Positions 20,033 to 30,119 are shown, numbered from the stretch's first letter. The stretch is 64,000 bases of DNA from Candidatus Gottesmanbacteria bacterium (GCA_963714095.1 OY970230.1:134206-198205); one strand, 5' to 3'. A program made the numbers and translations. Notes: generated by a model from the sequence alone, not told the origin.

Positions 20033-23000
20033 TTATTTATCCAACAAGAATATTTTAAAAGAGATATCAGTGGAAAAAATCGGCGATCGCAACACTAAAG
20101 CACCTTTTTGTACGGGCTGTTCTGAAAGAATCAACCCTGTGGTCGTGCTAATCCATTGAATTTTTCCGTTTGCAGGAATCTTTAAAGATATTGTGCAATA
20201 GCTCGGCGCTGAATCCCAAATCCGACGAAAAACATAACCCAAAATTTGCTTTCCCGAGTCCATCGCGAATGCATTGGTAGCAGATGACGTAATCGGATGG
20301 TCAATAAGAGTAGTGGATAAATTTTTCGTAAACGTATTCAGAGCGGAAACATATTGTCGTTCGGTAGGGCCAATATAAAGATCGGACGCTCCTGAAGTAG
20401 CATCAACATTAGAGTACTGCATACGAGACGCATTCCAAAAAATAAAAAATATTTTGTTAAAAAAACCAGCCCATAAATGCACTCTCATTCTCGCCGCAGA
20501 CTGGTCATCCCAGTTTGAATAGAAATTTCCCTGTTCACTGAAGACAAGGGGTTTATGAGTCTTTTTATCTAATCCGGAATTCAAGGTTACTTCATTAACG
20601 CACGTTTGATCACATTTACGGGAATACCAGTGAACAGAGGTTATGTCAACTGATGAAAGGTCGGGCCGCTCCCAACTGACGGTAACCGGATGATGATACG
20701 GGTCGATGGATTTAATGTAGTCAGACATGAAGGTTATGAGGTGACCATCCAGCTTTATTTCGTTAGCAAGTTCCCAAACATCGACATACGCGGCATATCG
20801 GGCAACAACATAATCGAGATAGTGTTTGATAACAGTTTGTTTTTGGGCATCATTTAACGACGCATCAAATGGCAATTTAAAGCTGAACAATGTCATCCAG
20901 ACATGATAGTTATGACTGCGCAATGCGGAAAACAGAGTATCTGCCCATACCCCTTCATTGAGCGCATACCTGTTTCCCGAAGACGACAAGGTATTCCATA
21001 ACGTAAAACTACAGTTTCCCGGACCCCAACGGAAAATATTGAATCCGCTTTGTGCATAGGTGGATAGGTAGGTGTTCATAGACACTGCCACTCTGGTGCC
21101 CGGCTTTATATCGATCCCCAAAAACCATTGGCTCAACGGCTCACCGTCATTTTTAAGATCCAGTATACAATCCTGAATTCCTATGGGGGTGAAAATTGTG
21201 CCGTTTTGAAGGGTAAATATACGCGGGTCCGTTCGTGAGATGGACAAAAACCCCGGCATATCTGATGGAAGTGCGGTAAATGACCCATGCTGAGACGCGG
21301 ACGCCGTCCTAATTGTCCAGGTCCACCTTCCCGCCAACGAAGGCATAAAACGAAGTTTCCAAATGTTTTTATCATAATAAAATGCACGCACATTGTAGGT
21401 TTTCCCCTGGGCGTTTGAAAATATTCCTTCTATAAGCCCATCATCATATTTATTAGCGTATTGAGATTCATCTATATGAACAGAGATTTCATAGACGTCG
21501 TTGACGCGGATGGATCTGGGTGATGCATCAATTATTATTTTTTGCGAATTGGGTTTCACCGAAGCGAACGCCGACAACTGCTGAATAAAGTAAGTTACAT
21601 ATCCGTAAATTTTCGAGATACTATGAGAAGCATCGGAGATCATACGAATTCTTTTGCTTTGTAGAAATGGGATTGAGCTCTGGGTGTCTAACATAACGAC
21701 GCTCTTTTTATCTTTCGAAACGAAATACAAATCATCGGTATACACTGCCATACTGTTAATGTTCACATTGTTAGATTGGTATACCCATTTGCGTAATCCG
21801 GAGTGTTTATCAAGATAGGAAATGGTCGTTTGATTAGGATTGTTGGATACAAGATATATACCATCGCTGGTCAAAAAAGAGATATTTCCAAACTGATGTT
21901 CTTTTACACACCATTCCTTCCCCCCGCCGATCTTGAATGCACATTGTGCATCGTCTCCTAAAACGTATACATAATCTACATCAAACAGAATGACATTAAT
22001 TTTCCCGGCATTGACCTCTTCCGACCATTTTGTTGCCCCAGTAGCTGCGTCAACCATGGTAACGCGGTTGTAATCCGCTATCGCTAAAGAGCTAACACCT
22101 ATTTCCTTCATGACCAGCAGTTGTGTGGAATTGGTCGGACGCGTCCAGAGAATCGAGCCATTTGATGAGTCTATAGAGCTAATACTATTTTTTCCCGTTG
22201 GCAAATAACTTCGGGCAGCACCCTCATAGACTTGACTGCGGGAAGCAAACCGTTTATATACCGGCATTCCAGATATTTTATCAATAATGTTGTATGACCC
22301 ATCAGAATCAAAAAAGGCAATAGTTTTTGCAAATATGGTTGGTATTTGGGATAGATATCCATGGAGCGAAAACTTCCATACGGTCTTCCCCGTATTTTTA
22401 TTCAACGCATATATTGTTTTGTCGGCTGCACTGTTAAGGTAGACGTTCAGCTCATCAACAGCGAACCGCCCGAATAGTAAATCAGGATGGTTAATTGTCG
22501 CGTCGGGCGAAAGTGACCACATGTCTACCTGTGATGTTTGAAACTGCCACTTGAGACTGCCCGTAGATGCATCCAGTGCATAGAGTATCCCGTTTCGGCT
22601 CCCGAAATACACAAAGCCTCCGGAAATCACCGGTCCTGTATCCGCCATGAACAGGCCGGGGGTAACAAATTGCCATTGTTCTTTTCCTGTTCGGGTATCA
22701 ATGGCATATACCCGTCCGTCTAAGCTCGATACAAACATTACGTTATTTTCCCCGAATGCTGCAGGATAAATCGATGCCTTTTGCCCTTCATGACGCCATT
22801 GAAACACGCCTGTTATTCTATTTAAGCTATACGTAAATCCGCTCTGAACATTTATATATAGAGATGAATTATTTATCGAGAGCGAATTGTCCTCACGTGG
22901 GGATGCCGTCAATAAAGGAATTTCTTCAGAAAATGCATATTGCCACCCGTTCGTATACATCCACACGCCTACCCTGTCGAGAATCAGGGGTAAAAGAATG

Positions 23001-23179
23001 ATGCACAGTCCAATGAGAAAGTAATCTCGAAGATGCAGCCATCCGCGTTTAAATGTCAGACACTTCTGGTCTTCATGCTTCATGAGTAAATTGTACCTAA
23101 TGGAACCATGAGGAACAAGTCTATGCAAAGAATGCACAAAATGTCGGCGTTTATAAGACGCGTTTAACCAAAATGGCAT
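20033..23179 (-). CDS. membrane-anchored multidomain protein: N-terminal TM anchor, PQQ-like beta-propeller repeats, and a C-terminal TIM-barrel glycoside-hydrolase-like (clan GH-A/GH5-like) domain
   Basis: Repeats of the form DGRVYAIDTRTGKEQWQF, NGILYALDASTGSLKWQF and KTIYALNKNTGKTVWKF. The C-terminal region has VWELANE (NE acid/base-like) and LVFSEQG (nucleophile-like). The hydrolase assignment is tentative. Confidence 0.45.
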   Translation of the reverse strand: MPFWLNASYKRRHFVHSLHRLVPHGSIRYNLLMKHEDQKCLTFKRGWLHLRDYFLIGLCIILLPLILDRVGVWMYTNGWQYAFSEEIPLLTASPREDNSLSINNSSLYINVQSGFTYSLNRITGVFQWRHEGQKASIYPAAFGENNVMFVSSLDGRVYAIDTRTGKEQWQFVTPGLFMADTGPVISGGFVYFGSRNGILYALDASTGSLKWQFQTSQVDMWSLSPDATINHPDLLFGRFAVDELNVYLNSAADKTIYALNKNTGKTVWKFSLHGYLSQIPTIFAKTIAFFDSDGSYNIIDKISGMPVYKRFASRSQVYEGAARSYLPTGKNSISSIDSSNGSILWTRPTNSTQLLVMKEIGVSSLAIADYNRVTMVDAATGATKWSEEVNAGKINVILFDVDYVYVLGDDAQCAFKIGGGKEWCVKEHQFGNISFLTSDGIYLVSNNPNQTTISYLDKHSGLRKWVYQSNNVNINSMAVYTDDLYFVSKDKKSVVMLDTQSSIPFLQSKRIRMISDASHSISKIYGYVTYFIQQLSAFASVKPNSQKIIIDASPRSIRVNDVYEISVHIDESQYANKYDDGLIEGIFSNAQGKTYNVRAFYYDKNIWKLRFMPSLAGRWTWTIRTASASQHGSFTALPSDMPGFLSISRTDPRIFTLQNGTIFTPIGIQDCILDLKNDGEPLSQWFLGIDIKPGTRVAVSMNTYLSTYAQSGFNIFRWGPGNCSFTLWNTLSSSGNRYALNEGVWADTLFSALRSHNYHVWMTLFSFKLPFDASLNDAQKQTVIKHYLDYVVARYAAYVDVWELANEIKLDGHLITFMSDYIKSIDPYHHPVTVSWERPDLSSVDITSVHWYSRKCDQTCVNEVTLNSGLDKKTHKPLVFSEQGNFYSNWDDQSAARMRVHLWAGFFNKIFFIFWNASRMQYSNVDATSGASDLYIGPTERQYVSALNTFTKNLSTTLIDHPITSSATNAFAMDSGKQILGYVFRRIWDSAPSYCTISLKIPANGKIQWISTTTGLILSEQPVQKGALVLRSPIFSTDISFKIFLLDK

Positions 23180-23189
23180 CGTGCATATC
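23167..23189. repeat. R1 repeat copy A (ACCAAAATGGCATCGTGCATATC); antisense to the start codon and first codons of the 20033..23179 gene
   Basis: 22/23 nt identical to 26333..26355. Confidence 0.5.
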
Positions 23190-23245
23190 CAGATCCTTAG
23201 GAAGGAAGTATCAAAAATTAGTACAAAACATGATATATTAATTAA

Positions 23246-24757
23246 ATGAAAAAAATTATTATTTTAATTGTTAGTTTGACTGTTTGTTTATTACTATTGC
23301 TATCTCTCAGATATTATTCCTCATTTAAATCAGTAAATGCAAAGGTGTGTAACAAATGCAATGTAATTTTTATGTATATTGATACGCTGCGCGCGGATGA
23401 ATTGCCTTGCTGGGGATATACATATGATACGATGCCAAACGTATGCCATTTTGCCGAAAACGCAGCAAGTTTTAAAAACGCGTATTCTCAAAGCTCCTGG
23501 ACGTTGCCTGTTAATATGTCCATCATTACGTCACTGTATCCCTCCCAGCATAATATGTTAAGGGCTTATATCGATAGCCTGGATCCGTCGATTGTCACCA
23601 TGCCTCAAACATTCCAGGCAAACGGGTATTATACTGTTTTTGTCGGACAGTTAGACAATCCGCATTTACCAATTGATAAAGGATTAGGTAGGGGTTTTGA
23701 TGAAAAGATTAAGTATGAAACAATTGACGACTGGCATAAGGGATTATCAATTTTAGAAAAAAATAACGCCAAAGGAATCCCTAGTTTCTTATATATGCAT
23801 ACGTACTATGTCCATGATAGTTGGAAAGCAGCCGAAACTGATTCACTTGATTTCCATTTTGCGGGGGAAATGTCCAACCCCTATCACTATGATCCGCAAA
23901 GATTTAATAAAACCATCTGGGATACCGCAACGGCTTATTTGGAATATAATCCTGCTGATGTTCAAGGCGGAACTGAGTATGGGAAATTGGGCAAAGATCT
24001 TGAATCCGCAAAAAATGTAAACGCAGCCAAAATAATTTTCGATCAGCTGCCCGACAATACGAAGTCCATTATTAGGGATCTTTCAATAACGAAAGAATTG
24101 GACCCAACGAATCTAAAACTGATGCAATATCTCAGAAATTACTACGACGATTCCTTGTTTACGTTAGACCGACAAATAGGCATATGGTTAGAAGAATTAA
24201 AACAAAAAGGATTGCTTCAAAATACCATTGTGGTCATAGCAGGCGGAAACGGAGAAGCGTTTGGGGAACATGATGTGCTTGGTCATGCAAAGAATCTCTA
24301 CGATACCGTAACGCATGTTCCTCTTATCTATTATTTCCCCAACATTCAGCCGCAAACAAGATATGAGTTAACTCAAAGTATCGATATCTACCCTACGTTA
24401 TGCGGCTTAACAGGAATTAAATGCCCCGTTAACATTTCTGGTTCAAACTTTGCAAAAAGTCTTATGGGCAATTACTATGACAATCAAAATACGGGGCTGG
24501 TGAGCGAATTTGGTGATCAGAGTGAGCTAAAATCAATTCGAAATTTACGATGGAAATTTTATATTAACGAACAAACGAAAGATAAAGAATTGTATGATGT
24601 ATTACTTGATAAGGGAGAACGGACAAATCTAATCCAAAAATACCCGCAAATTGCCGATCATATGGAGCAGATGCTGTATTATACTCTCAGCACTAAAAGC
24701 AATCTCCCTATATTCGCGCTGCCTCCAATTCCGGTCCAAATACCAACATTGAAATAG
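23246..24757 (+). CDS. alkaline-phosphatase/sulfatase-superfamily protein, LtaS/MdoB-like (Thr-nucleophile type), secreted or anchored
   Basis: N-terminal signal anchor. Metal-site motif NVIFMYIDTLRADE. NAYSQSSWTLPVNMSIITSLYP parallels the LtaS/MdoB active-site block. No sulfatase CxPxR motif. Confidence 0.5.
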   Translation: MKKIIILIVSLTVCLLLLLSLRYYSSFKSVNAKVCNKCNVIFMYIDTLRADELPCWGYTYDTMPNVCHFAENAASFKNAYSQSSWTLPVNMSIITSLYPSQHNMLRAYIDSLDPSIVTMPQTFQANGYYTVFVGQLDNPHLPIDKGLGRGFDEKIKYETIDDWHKGLSILEKNNAKGIPSFLYMHTYYVHDSWKAAETDSLDFHFAGEMSNPYHYDPQRFNKTIWDTATAYLEYNPADVQGGTEYGKLGKDLESAKNVNAAKIIFDQLPDNTKSIIRDLSITKELDPTNLKLMQYLRNYYDDSLFTLDRQIGIWLEELKQKGLLQNTIVVIAGGNGEAFGEHDVLGHAKNLYDTVTHVPLIYYFPNIQPQTRYELTQSIDIYPTLCGLTGIKCPVNISGSNFAKSLMGNYYDNQNTGLVSEFGDQSELKSIRNLRWKFYINEQTKDKELYDVLLDKGERTNLIQKYPQIADHMEQMLYYTLSTKSNLPIFALPPIPVQIPTLK

Positions 24758-24825
24758 ATAACAATATACATAGGTACGTCGGCGAGTGTTCATGATATAA
24801 TTTCATCATACTATAGTAAAGTACA

Positions 24826-25470
24826 ATGAATATTCAGAGACATATAAAACTATATTTTTTTATCCTAATCTTGGTGTGCCTACTCGCAGTTGTAGGAATT
24901 ATTGTATGGAAAACCCGATTCACCTGTTCAACATATGAATGTCTGGTATTCCCCGAAAAAAATCTTTGGAAGATTCAGACTGTGTATGAAAAAGACAGTA
25001 ACGTTTTTAGGGGGCTTTTGGAGCGTCCTGATTATTTCGTCCGGCTGGAACGGGTCTCGCTTTTGCAACAGCAACAAAGCGCTGACAACCTCACGAAGAT
25101 CCGTCTCATGCAAATTCAGGGATTATTTGATACTGCACAGTCACCATATCCGGGTGTTATTACCGACAGAATTGTGTGTGCCGATACATACAAACCTAAT
25201 CCCGACATCCTAACCACGGCGTCGGGCGTAGGCATCACGTATTTTTCCGCTTTTCTCAATAGTCGGCTCCAATACGGTATATGTACTGATGACCAAATTG
25301 TCTATAAGGTATATACAGCATTATTTTCCTGTCAACAAACGGACGATTGGTATTCGGTTGAACTTATTGTTCCGAAGGGGAAAGCTTCTAGCGATTCCGC
25401 GTATATTGGGCTCTTTCGGCAGATTGGTTGTCAACGACCATCTGTAAACCTAGTCAAATTTTTGCCTTGA
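24826..25470 (+). CDS. hypothetical secreted/membrane-anchored protein
   Basis: N-terminal TM helix. No recognisable catalytic motifs. Confidence 0.35.
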   Translation: MNIQRHIKLYFFILILVCLLAVVGIIVWKTRFTCSTYECLVFPEKNLWKIQTVYEKDSNVFRGLLERPDYFVRLERVSLLQQQQSADNLTKIRLMQIQGLFDTAQSPYPGVITDRIVCADTYKPNPDILTTASGVGITYFSAFLNSRLQYGICTDDQIVYKVYTALFSCQQTDDWYSVELIVPKGKASSDSAYIGLFRQIGCQRPSVNLVKFLP

Positions 25471-25523
25471 ACAAAACCCGGGATCGTAAATTGAAGTATA
25501 TAGTAATATGAGAACATATTATC

Positions 25524-26270
25524 ATGGATAAATCATTTGAAGGGCTTGTAGTAACCAGTCGATCATTAGAATCTTATACATCTAATCTTAATATCGATAA
25601 AAAAGTATTATTCGGCTCTACCGTCCTGAATGTAGGATCAGGCGGTTCAAATATTGGTAAGGAATTCCCAGGTGACACTGGTAAAAAAGTAGTCAATGTG
25701 GATTTACTTCATGATCCATATTTTAGTATCCTTCCTCTTTCACACTTACCCAGATCATTATTTGCCAAACTGGTTGAACGTGCTGATCCAAATAACGTAC
25801 ATCTTAAACGTCAAATGGCCGGAACAGAGGGAAGGACTATGGTTCAAGCGGATGCTTTTAAATTGCCTTTCAAGGATGATCAATTTGATTATGTATTGGC
25901 AAACTGGTTTACCCAACAGATTCCAGTAGAAAAAAGGAATGACGTTATCAGAGAATTAGTCAGGGTTGGTAAACATATCCATATAGCACCAGTTTTTGAA
26001 GTTGATATCCCAAATCTATTAGATATGCATAAAAATGGAGGAGTGACAATCGTGTCATGTACTGCTCAACCAACCATGATGGATCCCCCACCATTTACGA
26101 TCGAAGATGCAAGTGATTACGCACGATATGTCAATGAACATCCAAAGTTATCCGAACGTGCTGTCATGCCACAAAGAACTGATGTATCTTTCAAAAAGAA
26201 GTTTGGCAGAATTGTTACAAACGCAACAGGTGGTAATAGTCTGATTTTGTGCAAGGATAAATATCTATAA
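25524..26270 (+). CDS. probable class I SAM-dependent methyltransferase-fold protein
   Basis: Gly-rich motif VLNVGSGGSNIG and acidic loop DAFKLPFKDDQFDYVL. Confidence 0.4.
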   Translation: MDKSFEGLVVTSRSLESYTSNLNIDKKVLFGSTVLNVGSGGSNIGKEFPGDTGKKVVNVDLLHDPYFSILPLSHLPRSLFAKLVERADPNNVHLKRQMAGTEGRTMVQADAFKLPFKDDQFDYVLANWFTQQIPVEKRNDVIRELVRVGKHIHIAPVFEVDIPNLLDMHKNGGVTIVSCTAQPTMMDPPPFTIEDASDYARYVNEHPKLSERAVMPQRTDVSFKKKFGRIVTNATGGNSLILCKDKYL

Positions 26271-26281
26271 GTCACAAATCT

Positions 26282-26317
26282 TAACTTCTCTGTCTCAAAA
26301 ATGCGGGGATTTATAGG
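26282..26317. repeat. copy 2 of the ~36-nt repeated element (TAACTTCTCTGTCTCAAAAATGCGGGGATTTATAGG)
   Basis: Lies 11 nt after the stop of the 25524..26270 gene. Its antisense reads ...IPAFLRQRS*, identical to the FtsZ C-terminus encoded antisense to copy 3. Confidence 0.5.
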
Positions 26318-26332
26318 ACAGTCGCTTATTTC

Positions 26333-26355
26333 GCTTCGATCTCCCTCACTACACC
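26333..26355. repeat. R1 repeat copy B (ACCAAAATGGCACCGTGCATATC)
   Basis: 22/23 nt identical to 23167..23189. Sits in the mosaic intergenic region 26271..26538. Confidence 0.5.
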
Positions 26356-26538
26356 AAAATGGCACCGTGCATATCAAAGTCTCCAATGAAAATGTAACAG
26401 GGAAGTGAAATAAAATCAACACGAACAATTTCTTGAAGCTAGTTTATGGATTTAGACTAATTTATCTGACATCATTTCACAAACTTCTTGCTACGACGCT
26501 CTGTTTTTAGTATTTTGTAGTATAATACCTATATTCCT

Positions 26539-27318
26539 ATGAAAGACATTCAAAACGAGAAAGACAAGCGGAATATAGCTCTTCAACTTGTGGGAATTAA
26601 AGACCTTATTCTTCCCGTTGTTATTGAAAATAAAAACGGAGAACCCGTCCAAATTTCTGCGACATTTAGCTGCTATACAGATTTGCCTTCCCATCAACGC
26701 GGCACACACATGAGCCGTCCCGCGCAACTATTACATACGCTTGAGGATAAACCGTTAACGCTATCCCAGCGGAAAGACATTGCAACACGCATTAAAGAAT
26801 CGCTTCATGCAAAACTCGCACTGCTAAATTTTACCTTCACCTATCATATTAAAAAAGAATCGCCGGTATCAAAAATGAAGAGTTATATGTCATATCCTTG
26901 CGAAATGCAGACAGTTTCAAACGGAATAAAATCAGCAAACCGCACAACCGTTCACGTACCGGTACTCCTACTCTGTCCGTGCAGTAAAGCCATAAGCGAA
27001 CAGAATGCCCATAATCAACGGGCAGTTATTACCATCCAAGTTGAATCAACAAATTCAGTGTTTCTCGAGGATCTTATTACCATCGCGGAAAACGCAGCAA
27101 GCAGCCCGCTCTATACAATTTTAAAACGTCCGGATGAAAAGTATGTAACAGAACGTTCATACGCGAATCCAAAATTTGTTGAAGATGCCGTAAGGGATGT
27201 CGCTTTAAAATTGAAAAAAATCAAAGCTATAACTGCCTTTAGTGTCGAATGTGAAAGCCAGGAATCAATTCATGGTCACAACGCATATGCACGGTTCTCA
27301 CAAGGAGGGCTTCAATGA
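26539..27318 (+). CDS. folE2: GTP cyclohydrolase FolE2/MptA-type (first step to the 7-deazaguanine precursor)
   Basis: Motifs QRGTHMSR, CPCS and ESIHGHNAYA, characteristic of FolE2 (DUF198). A TATAAT lies at about 26520. Confidence 0.8.
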   Translation: MKDIQNEKDKRNIALQLVGIKDLILPVVIENKNGEPVQISATFSCYTDLPSHQRGTHMSRPAQLLHTLEDKPLTLSQRKDIATRIKESLHAKLALLNFTFTYHIKKESPVSKMKSYMSYPCEMQTVSNGIKSANRTTVHVPVLLLCPCSKAISEQNAHNQRAVITIQVESTNSVFLEDLITIAENAASSPLYTILKRPDEKYVTERSYANPKFVEDAVRDVALKLKKIKAITAFSVECESQESIHGHNAYARFSQGGLQ

Positions 27319-27692
27319 AATCTGCGATCGTGTATATCAATAAAGAGTTTACCTTTGAAGCGGCACATAAACTGAATAACTATAACGGAAAATGCGCGAA
27401 TCTTCACGGGCATACGTATAAACTGCGCGTTACAACAAAGGGACCGGTTCACAAAAACGGCTTAGCTATTGATTTCGTTGATCTTAAAAAGATTGTGGAA
27501 GACAAAATTCTTATCCGGGTAGATCATACCTATTTAAATGACCTGATAAGCCAGCCTACGGCAGAAAATATTATCGTTTGGATGTGGCAAACACTGGACA
27601 AATACTTACCGCTCTATGAATTGTCTCTCTGGGAGACGCCAACCAGCTGGGTGACGTATCAGGGAAAGCATAAAATCTATGCCAACAAATGA
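27315..27692 (+). CDS. queD: 6-carboxy-5,6,7,8-tetrahydropterin synthase
   Basis: CANLHGHTYKL zinc/catalytic motif, 125 aa. AAGGAGGG Shine-Dalgarno immediately upstream. ATGA overlap with folE2. Confidence 0.85.
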   Translation: MKSAIVYINKEFTFEAAHKLNNYNGKCANLHGHTYKLRVTTKGPVHKNGLAIDFVDLKKIVEDKILIRVDHTYLNDLISQPTAENIIVWMWQTLDKYLPLYELSLWETPTSWVTYQGKHKIYANK

Positions 27693-28428
27693 ATGCTACC
27701 AACCTACACCAGGCGAAATCCAAGCGGCTCAGTTGAAACCGAACCTACTTAAAGTTTCAGGCGATTCCACTTTTTTTACTATTCAGGGAGAAGGAGACAG
27801 CATAGGAAAACCGGCAGTATTTTTACGTCTGCATCTGTGTAATCTCACCTGCACTTGGTGCGATACACCCTACACATGGAAGCGCACCACTCCGGAATTC
27901 TGGCAGGAAAGCCAGGATTGGGATATAGATCGGGCAGTATCGGAAATCAGCATCTTCAATCAACATCGACTGGTTCTTACGGGCGGAGAACCCATGATGC
28001 AACAAAAAATGATCTCGCAATTACTGAAGCGTGTTCCTGATTGGGATATAGAAATTGAAACAAACGGAACAATCTCTCCTATTCAGGATCTTGCAGAGCG
28101 GTGCCAATTCAATGTGTCACCAAAACTCGCCAATTCAGGCAATAAAGAACGATCACGATTAAAACCAGATGTTTTACGTGCATATAACGCCTTACCCAAA
28201 ACAACATTTAAGTTTGTGGCACAATCCGTTGATGATGTTCGGGAAATTGACGCAATTGTTGCAGAATGTGCTATTGACCCTCATAAAATTATTATTATGC
28301 CAGAGGGAAAAAATGAGGCATCAATCCGTGAACATGCACTCGCCGTAGTGGAAGAAGTAAAGAATCGCGGCTGGCGCCTGGTTCCGAGACTTCAGGTTAC
28401 CTTATGGGGTAATCAGCGAGGTATCTGA
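27679..28428 (+). CDS. queE: 7-carboxy-7-deazaguanine synthase (radical SAM)
   Basis: CNLTCTWCDTPY radical-SAM CxxxCxxC motif in a QueE-type context (FFTIQGEGDSIGKPAVFLRL), 249 aa. Confidence 0.85.
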   Translation: MPTNECYQPTPGEIQAAQLKPNLLKVSGDSTFFTIQGEGDSIGKPAVFLRLHLCNLTCTWCDTPYTWKRTTPEFWQESQDWDIDRAVSEISIFNQHRLVLTGGEPMMQQKMISQLLKRVPDWDIEIETNGTISPIQDLAERCQFNVSPKLANSGNKERSRLKPDVLRAYNALPKTTFKFVAQSVDDVREIDAIVAECAIDPHKIIIMPEGKNEASIREHALAVVEEVKNRGWRLVPRLQVTLWGNQRGI

Positions 28429-29154
28429 GATATTGAACAACCAGGGCTCTTTGACGAATTCTTCCGAATACCCTTTAGACGACATCATCTGCTGAGCCTT
28501 TTGTTCAATTTTTATCAATAAAGAGAATGTTTGTTGAAAATTTCTCGAGTCGAATGATTCTAGCTCACGTATGAACGAGCTTTCTATTAATTTCTCTCTT
28601 CTTATAAAATACCATCTCCACTTAAATGTGGGCACGGGCTTATCATAATAGATAAAACAGAATTTTGATAACGCATCGAGTGTTTTAAACATAAACATCC
28701 ATGATGTAATCAGATCACGCCGTTTCATTGTTTTTTCAAAATTGTAGGATTGAAACAATTCTTTGTATAGTCTGATGAGTATCCTTTGATATATTTTTTT
28801 ATGATATTTATTTAACTCCAAAAACTTCTTCTTCAATATTTTTTGAGGGTCATACAATATATGAGCCTTCTCCCTAATCCAAAATTCATCCGTGTCGGGA
28901 TCTGTTTTTTGTAATAGCTGACAAGAGGAAACTGTGTCTACTTCTATCTTTACCTCTTCGCTTTTGAACTGACTCATCTTAAATTCACTGTCTTCTTTAT
29001 CACAAACGAGTTTAATATCAATATCAGCAAGAGCGTCAGATATTCCGTATGCGGTTGATCCAATCCAGATGATACCCTGAAGACCGGGGACATTTAAATA
29101 CTTTTTGCTTACGTTTAAAGCAATTTTTTTAAAATCAGTAACATTTTTCATCAT
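28402..29154 (-). CDS. Pol-beta superfamily nucleotidyltransferase (ANT/Lnu-like fold)
   Basis: NTase motif IWIGSTAYGISDALADIDIKLV (G[SG]...D.D). Alpha-helical C-terminal region. Confidence 0.6.
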   Translation of the reverse strand: MMKNVTDFKKIALNVSKKYLNVPGLQGIIWIGSTAYGISDALADIDIKLVCDKEDSEFKMSQFKSEEVKIEVDTVSSCQLLQKTDPDTDEFWIREKAHILYDPQKILKKKFLELNKYHKKIYQRILIRLYKELFQSYNFEKTMKRRDLITSWMFMFKTLDALSKFCFIYYDKPVPTFKWRWYFIRREKLIESSFIRELESFDSRNFQQTFSLLIKIEQKAQQMMSSKGYSEEFVKEPWLFNISDTSLITP

Positions 29155-30119
29155 ACGGGTATTCCGGTAACTCTTAGTATATCGCGCTTTATATCACCAT
29201 GAAATCCGGGCTTATTCCATTGCCAAATCCAATAATTAAGACTTTCGAACGGTTTATAATAATTAACCTGGATTGTAATATCGTCTTTATTCATTTTTCC
29301 TACTGAAGCATATCCTTCGTGAAAAGCATCGCTTAAATCCATATTTTCCCGCGAATTTTCAAAAGCAGCACTCACTCTGGTTAAATCCCAACCGGGAATC
29401 CAATATTTCGCGAGTTCGAAATCTACAATACCGGCAATTCTCTGAGTATCAGGATTGATGATTATATTCTGTGGAGCAAAATCACCGTGACATAAGGTTG
29501 GTCTAACGCGGCAATGAGTAAGAATCGGACTTGTTAACCTATCAGTAAAATAATTAACGTGGGCTTGATGTAAAACACCTAAACTAAGTCCAAATTCAAG
29601 GTGTCTGAGTGTGTCTTGAGTAAAACAATCCTTCCAATCTGGAAATTTATCACCGGCATCGCCAACATCACCAAAATAGGGAGCGGTAATTCCGTGTATT
29701 CGGGATAAATATGTTCCTACTTCATGCGCGATTGCCCGTAAACTATCTCTGGAAAAATTGGATCCATTCATTAACGTATCAAAAGGTACTCCCCTAACTT
29801 CCTCCAAAAGTATTGCTGCATATCCCGACTTATCTTTTCCCAGATAAGTTGATTGAGAGGTATGTATACCCAAAGTCTCCCGAATCAATCGGGAAACAAT
29901 CAACTCTCTTTGAACTTTCAGCTCAGGTAATTCTCCCATTTCATCCGGCGTATTCGGAAAAATTTTTAAATAATATGATTTCAAATACGGAGACGCGTCG
30001 TGAGAAAAATATAAAAGGGTGTTTTGACTCGGTCTATCAACGGATTTAAACGAATACCCTTGATATGCTTCACCAACTTGCACTACGTGTTGAAAATATT
30101 CAGCATTCATTGCTACCAT
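29151..30119 (-). CDS. APH/choline-kinase-family small-molecule kinase (aminoglycoside-phosphotransferase-like fold)
   Basis: Brenner motif LCHGDFAPQNIII and metal-binding GIVDFE. Confidence 0.7.
   Translation of the reverse strand: MVAMNAEYFQHVVQVGEAYQGYSFKSVDRPSQNTLLYFSHDASPYLKSYYLKIFPNTPDEMGELPELKVQRELIVSRLIRETLGIHTSQSTYLGKDKSGYAAILLEEVRGVPFDTLMNGSNFSRDSLRAIAHEVGTYLSRIHGITAPYFGDVGDAGDKFPDWKDCFTQDTLRHLEFGLSLGVLHQAHVNYFTDRLTSPILTHCRVRPTLCHGDFAPQNIIINPDTQRIAGIVDFELAKYWIPGWDLTRVSAAFENSRENMDLSDAFHEGYASVGKMNKDDITIQVNYYKPFESLNYWIWQWNKPGFHGDIKRDILRVTGIPV

Noticed and set aside
23246-24757. Type I sulfatase call for the alkaline-phosphatase-superfamily protein
   Set aside because: No C/S-x-P-x-R formylglycine motif. 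The active-site block aligns better with Thr-nucleophile LtaS/MdoB-type phosphotransferases.
26117-26428. 103-aa minus-strand ORF in the intergenic region before folE2
   Set aside because: It is assembled from the two repeat elements (R1 supplies VPFW, the 36-nt element supplies INPRIFETEKL) and has no start context or homolog-like features. It is more likely a non-coding mosaic scar than a gene.
28402-30119. Calling the nucleotidyltransferase and APH-like kinase aminoglycoside-resistance genes (ANT and APH)
   Set aside because: Only fold-level motifs are visible (G[SG]...D.D and HGD....N/DFE). These superfamilies include many non-resistance enzymes, and operon coupling with a radical SAM and the que genes points to a biosynthetic or tailoring role. 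A resistance call is unsupported.
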